Part shown: positions 37,557 to 48,083 of the stretch, piece by piece
Position numbering within the stretch: the stretch's first letter is position 1
How the letters are laid out: each line of letters starts with the position of its first letter
NCBI RefSeq assembly: GCF_007830055.1
Contig: NZ_VLLE01000004.1
Location: forward strand, 89,248-153,247
DNA: 64,000 nucleotides
Direction of reading: 5' to 3'
Source: Lacibacter cauensis
GTDB lineage: Bacteria > Bacteroidota > Bacteroidia > Chitinophagales > Chitinophagaceae
Translations under genes and position numbers: made by a program
Notes under the pieces: generated by a model
The model's input: only the letters and a program-made list of their open reading frames with translations
The model's database searches: none
Told to the model about the DNA's origin: nothing

Positions 37557-39467
37557 TTAAAGAAATTTGATAGTAATAACAAACAAAAGCAGGATACCAA
37601 TCACCATCCACAACACATAAGAGCCTACCTGTCCGCTCTGTAACAAACGCAACTGGCGACCGCCCCACTGTACTCCTTTTCCTACACCATTTACAATACC
37701 GTCGATACCACTCTTCTCCACAAAGCGGTTAAAGAAAACGCCTAAGCCGTTGAGTGGTTTTGTAATGATGTTATTGTACAACTCATCTACATACCATTTA
37801 TTCGCCAGCACTTTTCCAAAGCCTTCGGGTTCGCCTGTTTCTGGATTTTTGCTGAAACGGTTCAACGCAAAGAAGATGGAACCTGCAATAAGCGTTAAGC
37901 TTACAGCCAATAAAATATATTCAGTTGAATGTTCGACATGATGTACTTCAGCAGCTTCCGTTGAAAGCTTAAACACAGGTGCTAAATAATGTTCCAGACG
38001 ATGTGCATCAGCTGCAAATAATTCCGGAATACCAACAAAACCTGCAACTACAGCAAGAAAAGCAAGAATAACCAACGGCACCGTCATTTGCCAAGGGCTT
38101 TCGTGCAAGTGGTGTTCCTGTTCGTGTGTACCACGGAACGTTCCTTTAAACGTCATGGCATATAAACGGAACATGTAGAAAGCAGTCATTAATGCACCGG
38201 CTAAACCAATGATGTAAAACACAGGATTCGCAGCAAATGCATGTACCAAAATTTCATCTTTAGAAAAGAAACCGCTGAACGGAGGAATACCGGCAATGGC
38301 AATACAACCTAATAAGAAAGTAATATGTGTGATGGGCAATTTCTTTGAAAGTCCACCCATTTTACGAATGTCCTGTTCGTGATGCATGGCATGGATAACA
38401 CTACCAGCGCCAAGGAACAACAATGCTTTGAAGAAAGCGTGTGTCATTACATGAAACACAGCTCCGGTGTAAGCACCAACGCCCAAACCAAGGAACATAT
38501 AACCTAACTGACTAACTGTTGAGTAAGCCAGTACCTTTTTAATATCGTTTTGTTTGATGGCGATTGTTGCAGCGAGGATAGCTGTTGCCAAACCAACCAC
38601 GGCTACCACTACCTGCGTTGCAGGTGCAAGCGTATATAAAATGTTGCTGCGTGCAATCATGTAAATACCTGCGGTAACCATTGTTGCTGCGTGGATAAGT
38701 GCTGATACTGGTGTTGGACCAGCCATCGCATCGGGTAACCAGGTATACAAAGGAATTTGTGCACTTTTACCTGTTGCACCAACAAAGAGCAATAATGTAA
38801 TGACAACAAGGATACTATCGCCTTTAAACATACCCGAAGCCTGTGTAAACACTTCGGTATACGTTAACGATCCAAACTGTTGAATAATGAAGAACAAGCC
38901 GAGCAGGAAACCAAGGTCGCCAATACGGTTCATCACAAAGGCTTTGCGCGCCGCATTGCCGTATTCGTTATTCTTAAACCAGTAACCAATCAGTAAGTAA
39001 GAACAAAGACCTACACCTTCCCAACCAATGAACATGATGAGGTAATTGGCACCTAACACCAGCAACAACATGCTGAACACGAACAGGTTTAAATAAGCGA
39101 AGTAGCGTGCAAAGTGATGACTGGCTTCTTCGTGCATGTAGGAAGTTGAATACAGGTGAATTAAAAAACCAACACCTGTAATTACCAGCAGGAACAAGGC
39201 CGACAATTGATCTACCTGGAAAGCAAACGGAATATTGAGGCCAGCAACATTGATAAACTCAAACAGGTTCACAGTTGTTGCTGTAAATGCTTCCGCTCTT
39301 GTTTCGTTAAAAATGAGTACACTCACAATAAACGAAGCAAGCACTGCCGCACTGCCAATGATTCCGCTGAGCGATTTGCTGATGTAATTTCTTCCAAGTC
39401 CATTGATGAGAAAGCCGATCAACGGAAACAACGGAACCAGATAAACCAAGTCGATAATACTCTTCAT
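37557..39467 (-). CDS. nuoL: NADH-quinone oxidoreductase subunit L
   Basis: 636 aa antiporter-like subunit with a C-terminal extension. Confidence 0.85.
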   Translation of the reverse strand: MKSIIDLVYLVPLFPLIGFLINGLGRNYISKSLSGIIGSAAVLASFIVSVLIFNETRAEAFTATTVNLFEFINVAGLNIPFAFQVDQLSALFLLVITGVGFLIHLYSTSYMHEEASHHFARYFAYLNLFVFSMLLLVLGANYLIMFIGWEGVGLCSYLLIGYWFKNNEYGNAARKAFVMNRIGDLGFLLGLFFIIQQFGSLTYTEVFTQASGMFKGDSILVVITLLLFVGATGKSAQIPLYTWLPDAMAGPTPVSALIHAATMVTAGIYMIARSNILYTLAPATQVVVAVVGLATAILAATIAIKQNDIKKVLAYSTVSQLGYMFLGLGVGAYTGAVFHVMTHAFFKALLFLGAGSVIHAMHHEQDIRKMGGLSKKLPITHITFLLGCIAIAGIPPFSGFFSKDEILVHAFAANPVFYIIGLAGALMTAFYMFRLYAMTFKGTFRGTHEQEHHLHESPWQMTVPLVILAFLAVVAGFVGIPELFAADAHRLEHYLAPVFKLSTEAAEVHHVEHSTEYILLAVSLTLIAGSIFFALNRFSKNPETGEPEGFGKVLANKWYVDELYNNIITKPLNGLGVFFNRFVEKSGIDGIVNGVGKGVQWGGRQLRLLQSGQVGSYVLWMVIGILLLFVITIKFL

Positions 39468-39533
39468 AATAGTTAAGTACGAGGTACGAAGTTGGAAGTA
39501 CGTAACTCGTACTTCGTCATTCGTAATTCGGTA

Positions 39534-39869
39534 TTAATGTTTAAGTCTGTTCAAAAAGTTTACATCCACACTATGAATGTTACGGTACATCATTACAATA
39601 ATGGCCAAACCAACACTTACCTCAGCTGCTGCTACCACCATAATAAAAAACACAAATAACTGCGCCTCAACCCCTGCTACTGCAGCCGGATCGATGGCAA
39701 TTGCATTTTGTGCATGCATTTTAGAAAATGCAACCAGCAACAGGTTTACTGCATTCAGCATCAGTTCCACACACATGAAAATGATGATGGCATTGCGGCG
39801 AGTTAATACACCTGCCACACCAATACTGAACAAGGCAACTGCTAAAAAGATATAATATGTAATCGGCAT
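39534..39869 (-). CDS. nuoK: NADH-quinone oxidoreductase subunit K
   Basis: [14 protein letters not shown].. gives ~111 aa with 3 TM. The track ORF is over-extended upstream. Confidence 0.8.
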   Translation of the reverse strand: MPITYYIFLAVALFSIGVAGVLTRRNAIIIFMCVELMLNAVNLLLVAFSKMHAQNAIAIDPAAVAGVEAQLFVFFIMVVAAAEVSVGLAIIVMMYRNIHSVDVNFLNRLKH

Positions 39870-39968
39870 AAATAAGATTTGAAAACTTTTCAATTTGAAA
39901 ATTTGAAAATTGGCATCTGTCTGTCTGATCGTATCATTTTCAAATTCGCAAATTTTCAAATTAATAAT

Positions 39969-40472
39969 TTAATCTCCTTTCTTTCCTATCACCACTGCGC
40001 CAACCATGGCACTTAAAAACAACACACTGCTTATTTCAAAAGGCAATACATAATCGGTAAACAATGTTTTGCCCAATGTCTTAATCAAACCCGTTTCGCC
40101 ACCCATACTTACCGGCGCTTTCAACAACTCATCGCTCTGGCGTAGAGCAGCTACAAATACCAGCATTAAACTACAACCGGCAACAACCCCTGCTATCTTC
40201 AGCCATTTGTTTTTCTGTGGCTCGGTTTCTGCATTCAGGTTCATTAACATGATCACAAACAGGAACAACACCATAATGGCACCGGCGTACACGATAATGT
40301 TTACAATAGCAAGGAACTGTGCATTCAATAAAATGTAATGACCGGAAATGGCAAAGAATACCACAATTAACCACAGTACGCTGTATACCGGGTTTTTACT
40401 GGTAACCATCATTAAGGCTCCAAACACTGCAAGAACAGAAAGGAACCAGAATAGAATTTGAGTAATCTCCAT
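39969..40472 (-). CDS. nuoJ: NADH-quinone oxidoreductase subunit J
   Basis: 167 aa with 5 TM. Confidence 0.8.
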   Translation of the reverse strand: MEITQILFWFLSVLAVFGALMMVTSKNPVYSVLWLIVVFFAISGHYILLNAQFLAIVNIIVYAGAIMVLFLFVIMLMNLNAETEPQKNKWLKIAGVVAGCSLMLVFVAALRQSDELLKAPVSMGGETGLIKTLGKTLFTDYVLPFEISSVLFLSAMVGAVVIGKKGD

Positions 40473-40545
40473 AAACTGTTAAGTAAGAAGTAGCAAAGTT
40501 TAAAGTGCGTGTTGTACTTTTTAGTTTGTACTTCTGTATTTGTTT

Positions 40546-41112
40546 TTATTGCTGTTGACTGGCTTTCGCCTTGCGTTCATCGATTAATCCTTTCGCTTTG
40601 GTAAATGCTTCAGGGTTTTCTTTTGGATGCGGGATAACCATGTTCTCCTTTCCATAAATAAAACTCTGGCGGCTGTAATTTGCCGGAGCGAATGTTTCGG
40701 TTAAATAGATCGCATCTTTCGGGCAAGCCTCTTCGCACAAACCACAGAAAATGCAACGCAGCATGTTAATCTCGTACTTTGCTGCATACTTTTCTTCACG
40801 GTATAAATGCTCTTCGCCGGGCAAACGTTCTGCAGCATCCATGGTAATCGCTTCTGCAGGACAAGCAACTGCACACAAGCCACAGGCTGTGCAATTTTCT
40901 CTGCCCTCTTCATCACGGTTTAAAATATGCAGACCACGGAAAACAGGACTGAATGGTCTTGTTTCTTCGGGGAACTTAATCGTAGCTTTCTTTTTAAAAA
41001 TGTGCGAAAAGGTAATACCCATACCTTTTAACACTGCGGGGAGATAAATTTTCTCCGCAAAGTTCAGTGGCCGGCGGTCTACCTGTTTTGCTCTGTTAGT
41101 TAATTGCATCAA
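40546..41112 (-). CDS. nuoI: NADH-quinone oxidoreductase subunit I (2×[4Fe-4S])
   Basis: Cysteine clusters CTACGLCAVACP and CIFCGLCEEACP. Confidence 0.85.
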   Translation of the reverse strand: MMQLTNRAKQVDRRPLNFAEKIYLPAVLKGMGITFSHIFKKKATIKFPEETRPFSPVFRGLHILNRDEEGRENCTACGLCAVACPAEAITMDAAERLPGEEHLYREEKYAAKYEINMLRCIFCGLCEEACPKDAIYLTETFAPANYSRQSFIYGKENMVIPHPKENPEAFTKAKGLIDERKAKASQQQ

Positions 41113-41279
41113 CGTTATTTAAAAAGTTTGCAAATGTATTTTTTATTATCAACTTCTGCTCTTTTATCAGTAGCTGTTGCGTCGCACTCTTGTACTGCAA
41201 CAATTCTATTCATCTTTAGCGAAGTCGAAAGACCCTCCTCTTTCAATCACTCATCACTGCTCATTCATCACTCATCTTT

Positions 41280-42338
41280 TTACTTCTTCAAAAACAAAAT
41301 CACTGCAGCTGTTACCAGCATATTGAACAAGGCCAGCGGAATTAATTTTTTCCAGCCCAGATTCATCAGCTGATCGTAACGGAAACGTGGAATCGTCCAT
41401 CGCACCCACATGAAAATGAAAATGAAGACCAATATTTTTACAAAGAGTGCAGCTGCACCCAGTAATGCCATCAGGTTTGCAGATAAACCCCACGCAGTTT
41501 CATCGTAGAAAGGAAGGATATCATATCCGCCGAAATACAATGTTGCCATCACCGCACTGCTGATGAACATATTGATGTACTCTGCAAAAAGATAAAAGCC
41601 AAGTTTCAAACTTGAATACTCGGAGTGGTAACCCCCAATCAATTCGTTTTCTGCTTCAGCAAGATCGAACGGTGTACGGTTACATTCTGCAAATGCACAC
41701 ACGAGGAAAATAAAAAAGCCTAAAGGTTGTAAAAAGAAATTCCACCAACCTTCCTGTTGCTGTTTTACCATTTCGCCTAAGCTCAACGAACCGGTAATCA
41801 TCAACAGAGCAATCAAAGAAAGCCCCATTGCCAATTCGTACGAAATAATTTGTGAAGCAGCACGTAAACCACCCATGAGCGAAAACTTATTGTTACTTGC
41901 CCATGAACCGATCATGATACCGTATACACCTAAGCTTACAACACCAAACACGTAAAGGATGCCAATATTTACATCCGCAATCTGCAATGTAATGGTACGG
42001 CCGAATAACTCTGCTTTATCACCCCATGGAATTACTGCACTGGTAAGCATGGCGGTGATCATTGCCAGCGAAGGACCAAGAATAAATAATACTTTGTTAG
42101 AAGAGGTAGGAATGATTTCTTCTTTAAAGAACATTTTTACACCATCGGCCAAGGGTTGCAGTAAGCCCAACGGACCTGCACGGTTTGGACCGATACGATC
42201 CTGAATCCAGGCCGCTACTTTACGTTCGCCAAAGGTCATGTACAGGGCTACTACTAACGAAATAGTAATAATCACGGCAATGAAGATGAGTTTCTCCAGT
42301 ACCAATGCCCAATCGACTGCTAATAAAATCATATCCAT
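41280..42338 (-). CDS. nuoH: NADH-quinone oxidoreductase subunit H
   Basis: 352 aa with 8 TM. Confidence 0.85.
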   Translation of the reverse strand: MDMILLAVDWALVLEKLIFIAVIITISLVVALYMTFGERKVAAWIQDRIGPNRAGPLGLLQPLADGVKMFFKEEIIPTSSNKVLFILGPSLAMITAMLTSAVIPWGDKAELFGRTITLQIADVNIGILYVFGVVSLGVYGIMIGSWASNNKFSLMGGLRAASQIISYELAMGLSLIALLMITGSLSLGEMVKQQQEGWWNFFLQPLGFFIFLVCAFAECNRTPFDLAEAENELIGGYHSEYSSLKLGFYLFAEYINMFISSAVMATLYFGGYDILPFYDETAWGLSANLMALLGAAALFVKILVFIFIFMWVRWTIPRFRYDQLMNLGWKKLIPLALFNMLVTAAVILFLKK

Positions 42339-43450
42339 TAATTTCCTTTCTTCAGTTGTTTAAATACCTGCGATGTTGCCGGCCCTTTGATTTCGCTTAA
42401 CTCCACTTGGTTTACTTCACTTACATCTTTAATGTTCATGAGTAACTTCGGATCTCTGCCGCCCATTACTTTCGCTACCGTTTCGTTTGGCTTTTTCATG
42501 CCTACATAATGGCCTTGCGAAATCACTGAGTGACGGCTCACCTGCGATGGTCCTTCAATTACCCAGTCGCTGATTTTCTTCCGCTCAAAACGACAGGTAT
42601 TACAGATCCAGCCGGGTTCGCCTTTGGTGGTATCTTTTACTTCGCCCCACTCATCTTTACGAGCAGTTACACGCAACACTTCATCGCCACGCATCCACAA
42701 CTGTACTTCGCCACTGCACTTATCGCAATTGCAATGTGCATCTACAGGCTTGGTAAACCATACACGGTTTTTGAAGCGGAAGGTTTTATCGGTTAAAGCG
42801 CCCACCGGACAAACATCAATCACGTTACCGATGAAATCATTATCTAAACTCTTTTCAATGTAGGTTGCAATTTCTGCATGATCGCCACGGCTTAATACAC
42901 CATGACGGCGTTCTTTACTTACCTGGTCTGCAGTGTATACGCAACGGTAGCAAAGAATACAACGGGTCATGTGCAACTGAATGTACGGACCCAGGTCGTG
43001 CTTATCGAATGTTCTGCGTTTGAACTCGTAACGGCTTGCACCTTTACCGTGTTCGTAGCTGAGATCCTGTAAATGACATTCACCTGCCTGGTCGCAGATA
43101 GGGCAATCCAACGGATGATTGATCAATAAAAATTCAACCACACCGTTTCTTGCATCGGTTACACGATCGCTGGTAATATTTTTCACCACCATACCGTCCA
43201 TTACTGTGGTACGGCAGCTTGCAACAAGCTTTGGCATCGGGCGGGGATCGGCTGTAGAACCTGCTGCCACTTCTACCAAACAAGTACGGCACTTACCACC
43301 ACTATCTTTAAGCTTGCTGTAATAGCACATTGCAGGCGGAGTAACATCGCCACCAATTTTTCGTGCAGCATTCAGAATGGTTGTTCCCGGCTCCACTTCA
43401 ACGGTGATGTTATCGATGGTTACTTTAAAAAGTTGTTTTTGCTCAGACAT
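42338..43450 (-). CDS. nuoG: NADH-quinone oxidoreductase subunit G, short form (Fe-S N-terminal domains only)
   Basis: 370 aa. The 2Fe-2S motif is CYYSKLKDSGGKCRTCLV and the 4Fe-4S motif is HPLDCPICDQAGECHLQDL. The large molybdopterin-like C-terminal domain is absent. Confidence 0.75.
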   Translation of the reverse strand: MSEQKQLFKVTIDNITVEVEPGTTILNAARKIGGDVTPPAMCYYSKLKDSGGKCRTCLVEVAAGSTADPRPMPKLVASCRTTVMDGMVVKNITSDRVTDARNGVVEFLLINHPLDCPICDQAGECHLQDLSYEHGKGASRYEFKRRTFDKHDLGPYIQLHMTRCILCYRCVYTADQVSKERRHGVLSRGDHAEIATYIEKSLDNDFIGNVIDVCPVGALTDKTFRFKNRVWFTKPVDAHCNCDKCSGEVQLWMRGDEVLRVTARKDEWGEVKDTTKGEPGWICNTCRFERKKISDWVIEGPSQVSRHSVISQGHYVGMKKPNETVAKVMGGRDPKLLMNIKDVSEVNQVELSEIKGPATSQVFKQLKKGN

Positions 43451-43477
43451 ATTGTTGAATACGTTCTTTCAAATTTG

Positions 43478-44839
43478 TTATGCAGTTGGTGCTGCTATTT
43501 CCAATGGTTTTGCATAATTGGCCAAACCATAATTTCTTACCAATGCTTCGCTCGGGTTGGTCACATGCCATTCAAACTCATCACGGAAATGACGGATGGC
43601 TGCTGCTACAGGCCATGCTGCTGCGTCGCCCAACGGACAAATGGTATTTCCTTCGATCTTGCGTTGAATATCCCACAACAAATCAATATCACTCATGCTG
43701 CCTTTACCCTGATCGATCTTCAGCAGAATTTTTTCCATCCAGCCTGTTCCTTCACGGCAGGGCGAACATTGTCCGCAACTTTCATGACGATAGAACCGTG
43801 CAAGCGTATACGTATGCTTCACCACACACTGGTCTTCATCCATTACAATAAAACCACCGCTACCCATCATGGTGCCTGTTGCAAAACCACCATCGCTCAA
43901 ACTCTCATACGTCATCATGCGGGTTTCGCCCTTTGCTGTTTTCAGCAAAAGATTAGCCGGAAGAATAGGTACAGATGAACCACCGGGGATACATGCTTTC
44001 AGCTTTTTGCCATTGGCAATACCACCGCAGTATTCATCGCTGTAAATAAATTCTTCAACCGAAATATTCATTTCAATTTCATACACGCCTGGTTTGTTGA
44101 TGTTACCGCATGCAGAAATGAGTTTTGTACCTGTAGATTTTCCTGTACCAAGCTTTGCATATTCCTCACCGCCTTCGTTCACGATGGGCACAACTGCTGC
44201 AATAGATTCCACATTGTTTACCACCGTTGGGCAACCCCACAAACCTTTTACCGCAGGGAACGGAGGTTTGATACGTGGATTACCACGCTTACCTTCCAGG
44301 CTTTCAATCAATGCTGTTTCTTCGCCGCAGATGTAGGCACCGGCGCCCGGCTGCACAAAAATGTCGCAATCGAAACCACTGCCTAAAATATTTTTACCAA
44401 GGAATCCTGCATTGCGGGCTTCCTGTACAGCTACTTCTAAAATTTCTTTTACCCACCAGTACTCACCACGGATGTAGATGTACGAACGGTTGCTTCCCAG
44501 TGCATACGAAGCACAGATCATTCCTTCAATCAACAAATGCGGAATGAACTCCATGAGATAACGGTCTTTAAACGTACCCGGCTCACTCTCATCGGCATTT
44601 ACAACAAGGTAACGGGGAACACCTTCAGGTTTTGCAAGGAAGCTCCACTTCATACCGGTAGGGAAACCTGCACCACCACGGCCACGCAAGCCACTTTTCT
44701 TTACTTCTTCTACCACCGCTTCAGGGCTCATCGTCTTCAGTACTTTTTCCACGCTGCGGTAACCACCTTCACGGCGATACACATCGTAATGCCTGATGCC
44801 TTCTACATGTGCTTTTTCTAAAAGTAATTTTCTGCCCAT
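43478..44839 (-). CDS. nuoF: NADH-quinone oxidoreductase subunit F
   Basis: The NAD/FMN region is GRGGAGFPTGMKW, with an ESCGQCSPCREG 4Fe-4S motif. Confidence 0.9.
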   Translation of the reverse strand: MGRKLLLEKAHVEGIRHYDVYRREGGYRSVEKVLKTMSPEAVVEEVKKSGLRGRGGAGFPTGMKWSFLAKPEGVPRYLVVNADESEPGTFKDRYLMEFIPHLLIEGMICASYALGSNRSYIYIRGEYWWVKEILEVAVQEARNAGFLGKNILGSGFDCDIFVQPGAGAYICGEETALIESLEGKRGNPRIKPPFPAVKGLWGCPTVVNNVESIAAVVPIVNEGGEEYAKLGTGKSTGTKLISACGNINKPGVYEIEMNISVEEFIYSDEYCGGIANGKKLKACIPGGSSVPILPANLLLKTAKGETRMMTYESLSDGGFATGTMMGSGGFIVMDEDQCVVKHTYTLARFYRHESCGQCSPCREGTGWMEKILLKIDQGKGSMSDIDLLWDIQRKIEGNTICPLGDAAAWPVAAAIRHFRDEFEWHVTNPSEALVRNYGLANYAKPLEIAAPTA

Positions 44840-44880
44840 ATCATTTTCCTCTTTGTGAGGAGATCGTTTTACTCAATTAA

Positions 44881-45099
44881 TTATTGCTTGTTGGTATCGC
44901 TGCTGTCGTTGTCTTTAAACCAATCGGGTTTAAAGCGCAATACATTCCGGAAAATCAGCGATACAAATGCCAGTCCGATGCCGATAAACAACAATGGCCG
45001 CATGGTTGCTTTGTCTTTCGACATTAAAAATGCAATCATCACAATCATTGCCGATGTAGAAAGTAAAAAGCCGATATACATTGCTGTTCTCTTCTTCAT
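44881..45099 (-). CDS. Small predicted membrane protein encoded between nuoE and nuoF
   Basis: ~72 aa from an internal ATG (MKKRTAMYIGFLL..) with two hydrophobic helices. This start abuts the nuoE stop with a 1-nt gap. The longer track ORF overlaps nuoE. Confidence 0.35.
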   Translation of the reverse strand: MKKRTAMYIGFLLSTSAMIVMIAFLMSKDKATMRPLLFIGIGLAFVSLIFRNVLRFKPDWFKDNDSSDTNKQ

Positions 45100-45100
45100 C

Positions 45101-45589
45101 TTAATTGGCTTTGGCTTTACCTTCTGCAATCAATGCATCAATTTTTTCTTTGGTCAGGTGCTCCCGATAATCAGGACCTAACTGCATCATCGGTGCATAA
45201 CCGCATGCACCTAAACATTCAACTGTTTTTAATGTAAACAGTCCATCTTCAGTTGTTTGGCCGGGTTTAATGCCCAGCTTTTCGTAGATGTAGGCTACAA
45301 TATCATCGCTGCCACGCAACATGCAAGGACCTGTCTGGCAAACCTCAAAAACCGTTTTACCAACAGGCTGTAAATTGTACATGCTGTAGAAGGTAGCCAC
45401 TTCGTACACTTCAATAGAAGTAATCTTTAATAACTCCGCTACATAATCCATTGCCTCGGCACTTAACCAACCGCCATTCTGCTGCTGGGTATAATGCAAC
45501 AAAGGAATTAAAGCACTCTTCTGCTTTCCTTCGGGGTAGTGCGAGATCATCTCTTCTACCTTCTTCAACTGTTCTTCAGAAAACTTCAT
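45101..45589 (-). CDS. nuoE: NADH-quinone oxidoreductase subunit E
   Basis: The 2Fe-2S thioredoxin-like motifs are CQTGPCMLRG and CLGACGYAPMMQ. Confidence 0.9.
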   Translation of the reverse strand: MKFSEEQLKKVEEMISHYPEGKQKSALIPLLHYTQQQNGGWLSAEAMDYVAELLKITSIEVYEVATFYSMYNLQPVGKTVFEVCQTGPCMLRGSDDIVAYIYEKLGIKPGQTTEDGLFTLKTVECLGACGYAPMMQLGPDYREHLTKEKIDALIAEGKAKAN

Positions 45590-45621
45590 TATTAATGTTC
45601 AATTAATCAATTATCAATTCG

Positions 45622-46869
45622 CTACGCATCCAGCTCGCCTGCAATCAAATTCAAACTACTCATTACCAGGATCGCATCACTCAACATACTGCCCTTCACC
45701 AGTTCTTCAAATGCCTGATAATAAATAAAGCAGGGACGACGGAAATGCAAACGGTACGGTGTACGTCCACCATCGCTGATGAAATAAAAACCTAACTCAC
45801 CATTTGCACCTTCTACACTGTGGTACACTTCACCTTTTGGCATTTCAATTTCACCCATGATGATTTTAAAGTGCCAGATGAGTGCTTCCATGCTGGTATA
45901 TACATCTTTCTTTTCGGGCAGATAGTAAGCAGGTACGTTGGCATGATATACTTCTGCCTCTGCACCTTTTATGTTTTGTATTTTTTGATAAGCCTGTTCG
46001 ATGATGCTGAGACTCTGCCACATTTCCACATTACGCACCAGGAAGCGATCGTAGGTATCGCCGGTTGTACCAACCGGTACAATGAAATCAAAATCCTGGT
46101 AAGAAGAATAAGGGCTGTGTACACGCACATCATAATCTACACCGGCAGCACGCAGGTTGGGGCCTGTAAAACCGTAGTTCAAGGCACGTTCGGCAGAGAT
46201 GGGTCCGCAACCAACTGTACGATCTACAAAAATGCGGTTACGTGTAAACAGGTTTTCGAACTCTTCTAGTGCCTTTGGATATTCTTTGAGGAAACGTTCC
46301 AGTTTTTCCCAAGCAGCAGGTGTAAAGTTGCGCTCGAAACCACCAATACGGCCAATGTTTGTGGTTAAACGGCTGCCGCAGATCTCTTCATAAATTTCAT
46401 AAATCAACTCACGGTATTCCATCAGGTACACGAAACCGGAGAATGCACCGGCATCAACACCCAGAATGGAGTTACAAATGAGGTGATCGGCAATACGTGC
46501 CAACTCCATCAAAATAACACGGAGGTAATCCACTCTTTTTGGCGTTTCAATACCCAGCAGTTTTTCGCAGGTAAGATGCCAGCCGATATTATTGATGGGA
46601 CTGCTGCAATAATTTAAACGATCGGTAATTGGGGTAACCTGGTACAGCGAACGACGCTCTGCCAGTTTTTCAAATGCACGATGAATATAGCCGACAGTAG
46701 ATTCAGAACTCATTACACGCTCACCATCCATTTCCATGATGTTCTGAAACACACCATGTGTAGCAGGGTGTGTAGGACCTACGTTAAGGGTGATTGTTTT
46801 TTTCTCAATCGAACCTTCGGGTAATAATATATTTTGAACGTCGCTCATGATTAATTCTCCATTATTCAA
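45622..46869 (-). CDS. nuoD: NADH-quinone oxidoreductase subunit D
   Basis: 415 aa 49-kDa subunit, separate from nuoC. Confidence 0.9.
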   Translation of the reverse strand: MNNGELIMSDVQNILLPEGSIEKKTITLNVGPTHPATHGVFQNIMEMDGERVMSSESTVGYIHRAFEKLAERRSLYQVTPITDRLNYCSSPINNIGWHLTCEKLLGIETPKRVDYLRVILMELARIADHLICNSILGVDAGAFSGFVYLMEYRELIYEIYEEICGSRLTTNIGRIGGFERNFTPAAWEKLERFLKEYPKALEEFENLFTRNRIFVDRTVGCGPISAERALNYGFTGPNLRAAGVDYDVRVHSPYSSYQDFDFIVPVGTTGDTYDRFLVRNVEMWQSLSIIEQAYQKIQNIKGAEAEVYHANVPAYYLPEKKDVYTSMEALIWHFKIIMGEIEMPKGEVYHSVEGANGELGFYFISDGGRTPYRLHFRRPCFIYYQAFEELVKGSMLSDAILVMSSLNLIAGELDA

Positions 46870-46872
46870 TTA

Positions 46873-47391
46873 TCAATTAACAGAACCTCCTCTTCCAAAC
46901 ATCTCATCATCCTTATCAATACGTGTTTGGTCTTCTAACGGAAACTCTTTACGCAGCGGGAAGTAATCCATTTCATCCACATTTAAAATGCGTTTGAGAT
47001 TGGGATGACCCACGAAGTTTACCCCAAAGAAATCGTAGGTTTCACGCTCCATCCAGTTGGCGGTTGCATATAACTGCGTAGCCGTGTAAACATCAGGCTT
47101 ATTAATATCGGTAAACACTTTAAAGCGGATGCGTACATTATCAACCAGGTTGTGGAGATGATAAACCACCGCCAGTTCTCTGCCTTTATCGTTCGGGTAA
47201 TGTACAGCCTGCAAATCGGTGAGGAAACGGAATTTCAACGTTTCATCATCAAATAAAAACTGGAGTACTTTGAGGTTTAACTCTTTGGGAGCTTCGAATG
47301 TAAGCATACCATAAGGCTCGGTAAAGTTTGTTACCGCTTCCCCAAATTTCTCTACCAGCTTGTTTTGTATCTGTTCGTTGGTTAAACTCAT
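46873..47391 (-). CDS. nuoC: NADH-quinone oxidoreductase subunit C
   Basis: 172 aa 30-kDa subunit. Confidence 0.85.
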   Translation of the reverse strand: MSLTNEQIQNKLVEKFGEAVTNFTEPYGMLTFEAPKELNLKVLQFLFDDETLKFRFLTDLQAVHYPNDKGRELAVVYHLHNLVDNVRIRFKVFTDINKPDVYTATQLYATANWMERETYDFFGVNFVGHPNLKRILNVDEMDYFPLRKEFPLEDQTRIDKDDEMFGRGGSVN

Positions 47392-47461
47392 ATCGCTTCA
47401 CGCTTTTCGCTGCTTGCTGCACGCCTAAGCCATTCGCTTTTAGCGTGAAGCCTGCGGCTTC

Positions 47462-48052
47462 TTATTGTATTCCGTAGCTTTCTAATAATTTTTGATAATG
47501 CTCGCTGTTGCGGCGACGCAGGCTTTCCTGTCCTACAAGATCCTGGATGCGCATTAAGCCATCCAGAATTGCTTCGGGACGGGGAGGACAACCGGGCACA
47601 TACACATCTACCGGTACTACCTGATCAATTCCCTGCAAGACACTGTAGGTATCGAAAATACCACCACTGCTTGCACAGGCACCTACTGCCATTACCCAGC
47701 GGGGCTCGGCCATTTGCAGGTACACCTGTTTTACCACAGGTGCCATTTTTTTAGAAATGGTTCCCATTACCATCATCAAATCGCACTGGCGTGGAGTAAA
47801 CGCCATACGCTCCGAACCAAAACGGGCCAGATCGTAATGCGCCGCTGCTGTAGCCATAAATTCAATACCGCAGCAGGAAGTTGCAAAAGGCAAAGGCCAG
47901 ATTGAATTTTTACGGGCCAAGCCAACCACCTCACTCAGCTTTGTTGCAAAAAAACCTTCGCCCATATGACCATCAGGCATATCAACCATACTGATATGAC
48001 CATTATAATCTGCAGGCTTCGGGTTAATGTTATATTGTACCGGACGTGCCAT
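47462..48052 (-). CDS. nuoB: NADH-quinone oxidoreductase subunit B
   Basis: CCGIEFM and GCPPRPE cluster-N2 motifs. Confidence 0.9.
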   Translation of the reverse strand: MARPVQYNINPKPADYNGHISMVDMPDGHMGEGFFATKLSEVVGLARKNSIWPLPFATSCCGIEFMATAAAHYDLARFGSERMAFTPRQCDLMMVMGTISKKMAPVVKQVYLQMAEPRWVMAVGACASSGGIFDTYSVLQGIDQVVPVDVYVPGCPPRPEAILDGLMRIQDLVGQESLRRRNSEHYQKLLESYGIQ

Positions 48053-48083
48053 AGTTTTATTGTTTAAAGTAAGTTTCCCGGAA

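Noticed and set aside
43433-44839. 181-aa, 123-aa and other plus-strand ORFs across nuoF/nuoG
   Set aside because: They are antisense to highly conserved nuo genes and Cys/His-rich by chance.
47388-47591. 67-aa minus-strand ORF bridging nuoC/nuoB
   Set aside because: It overlaps the nuoB 3' end out of frame. It is Arg/Ser-rich with no support.
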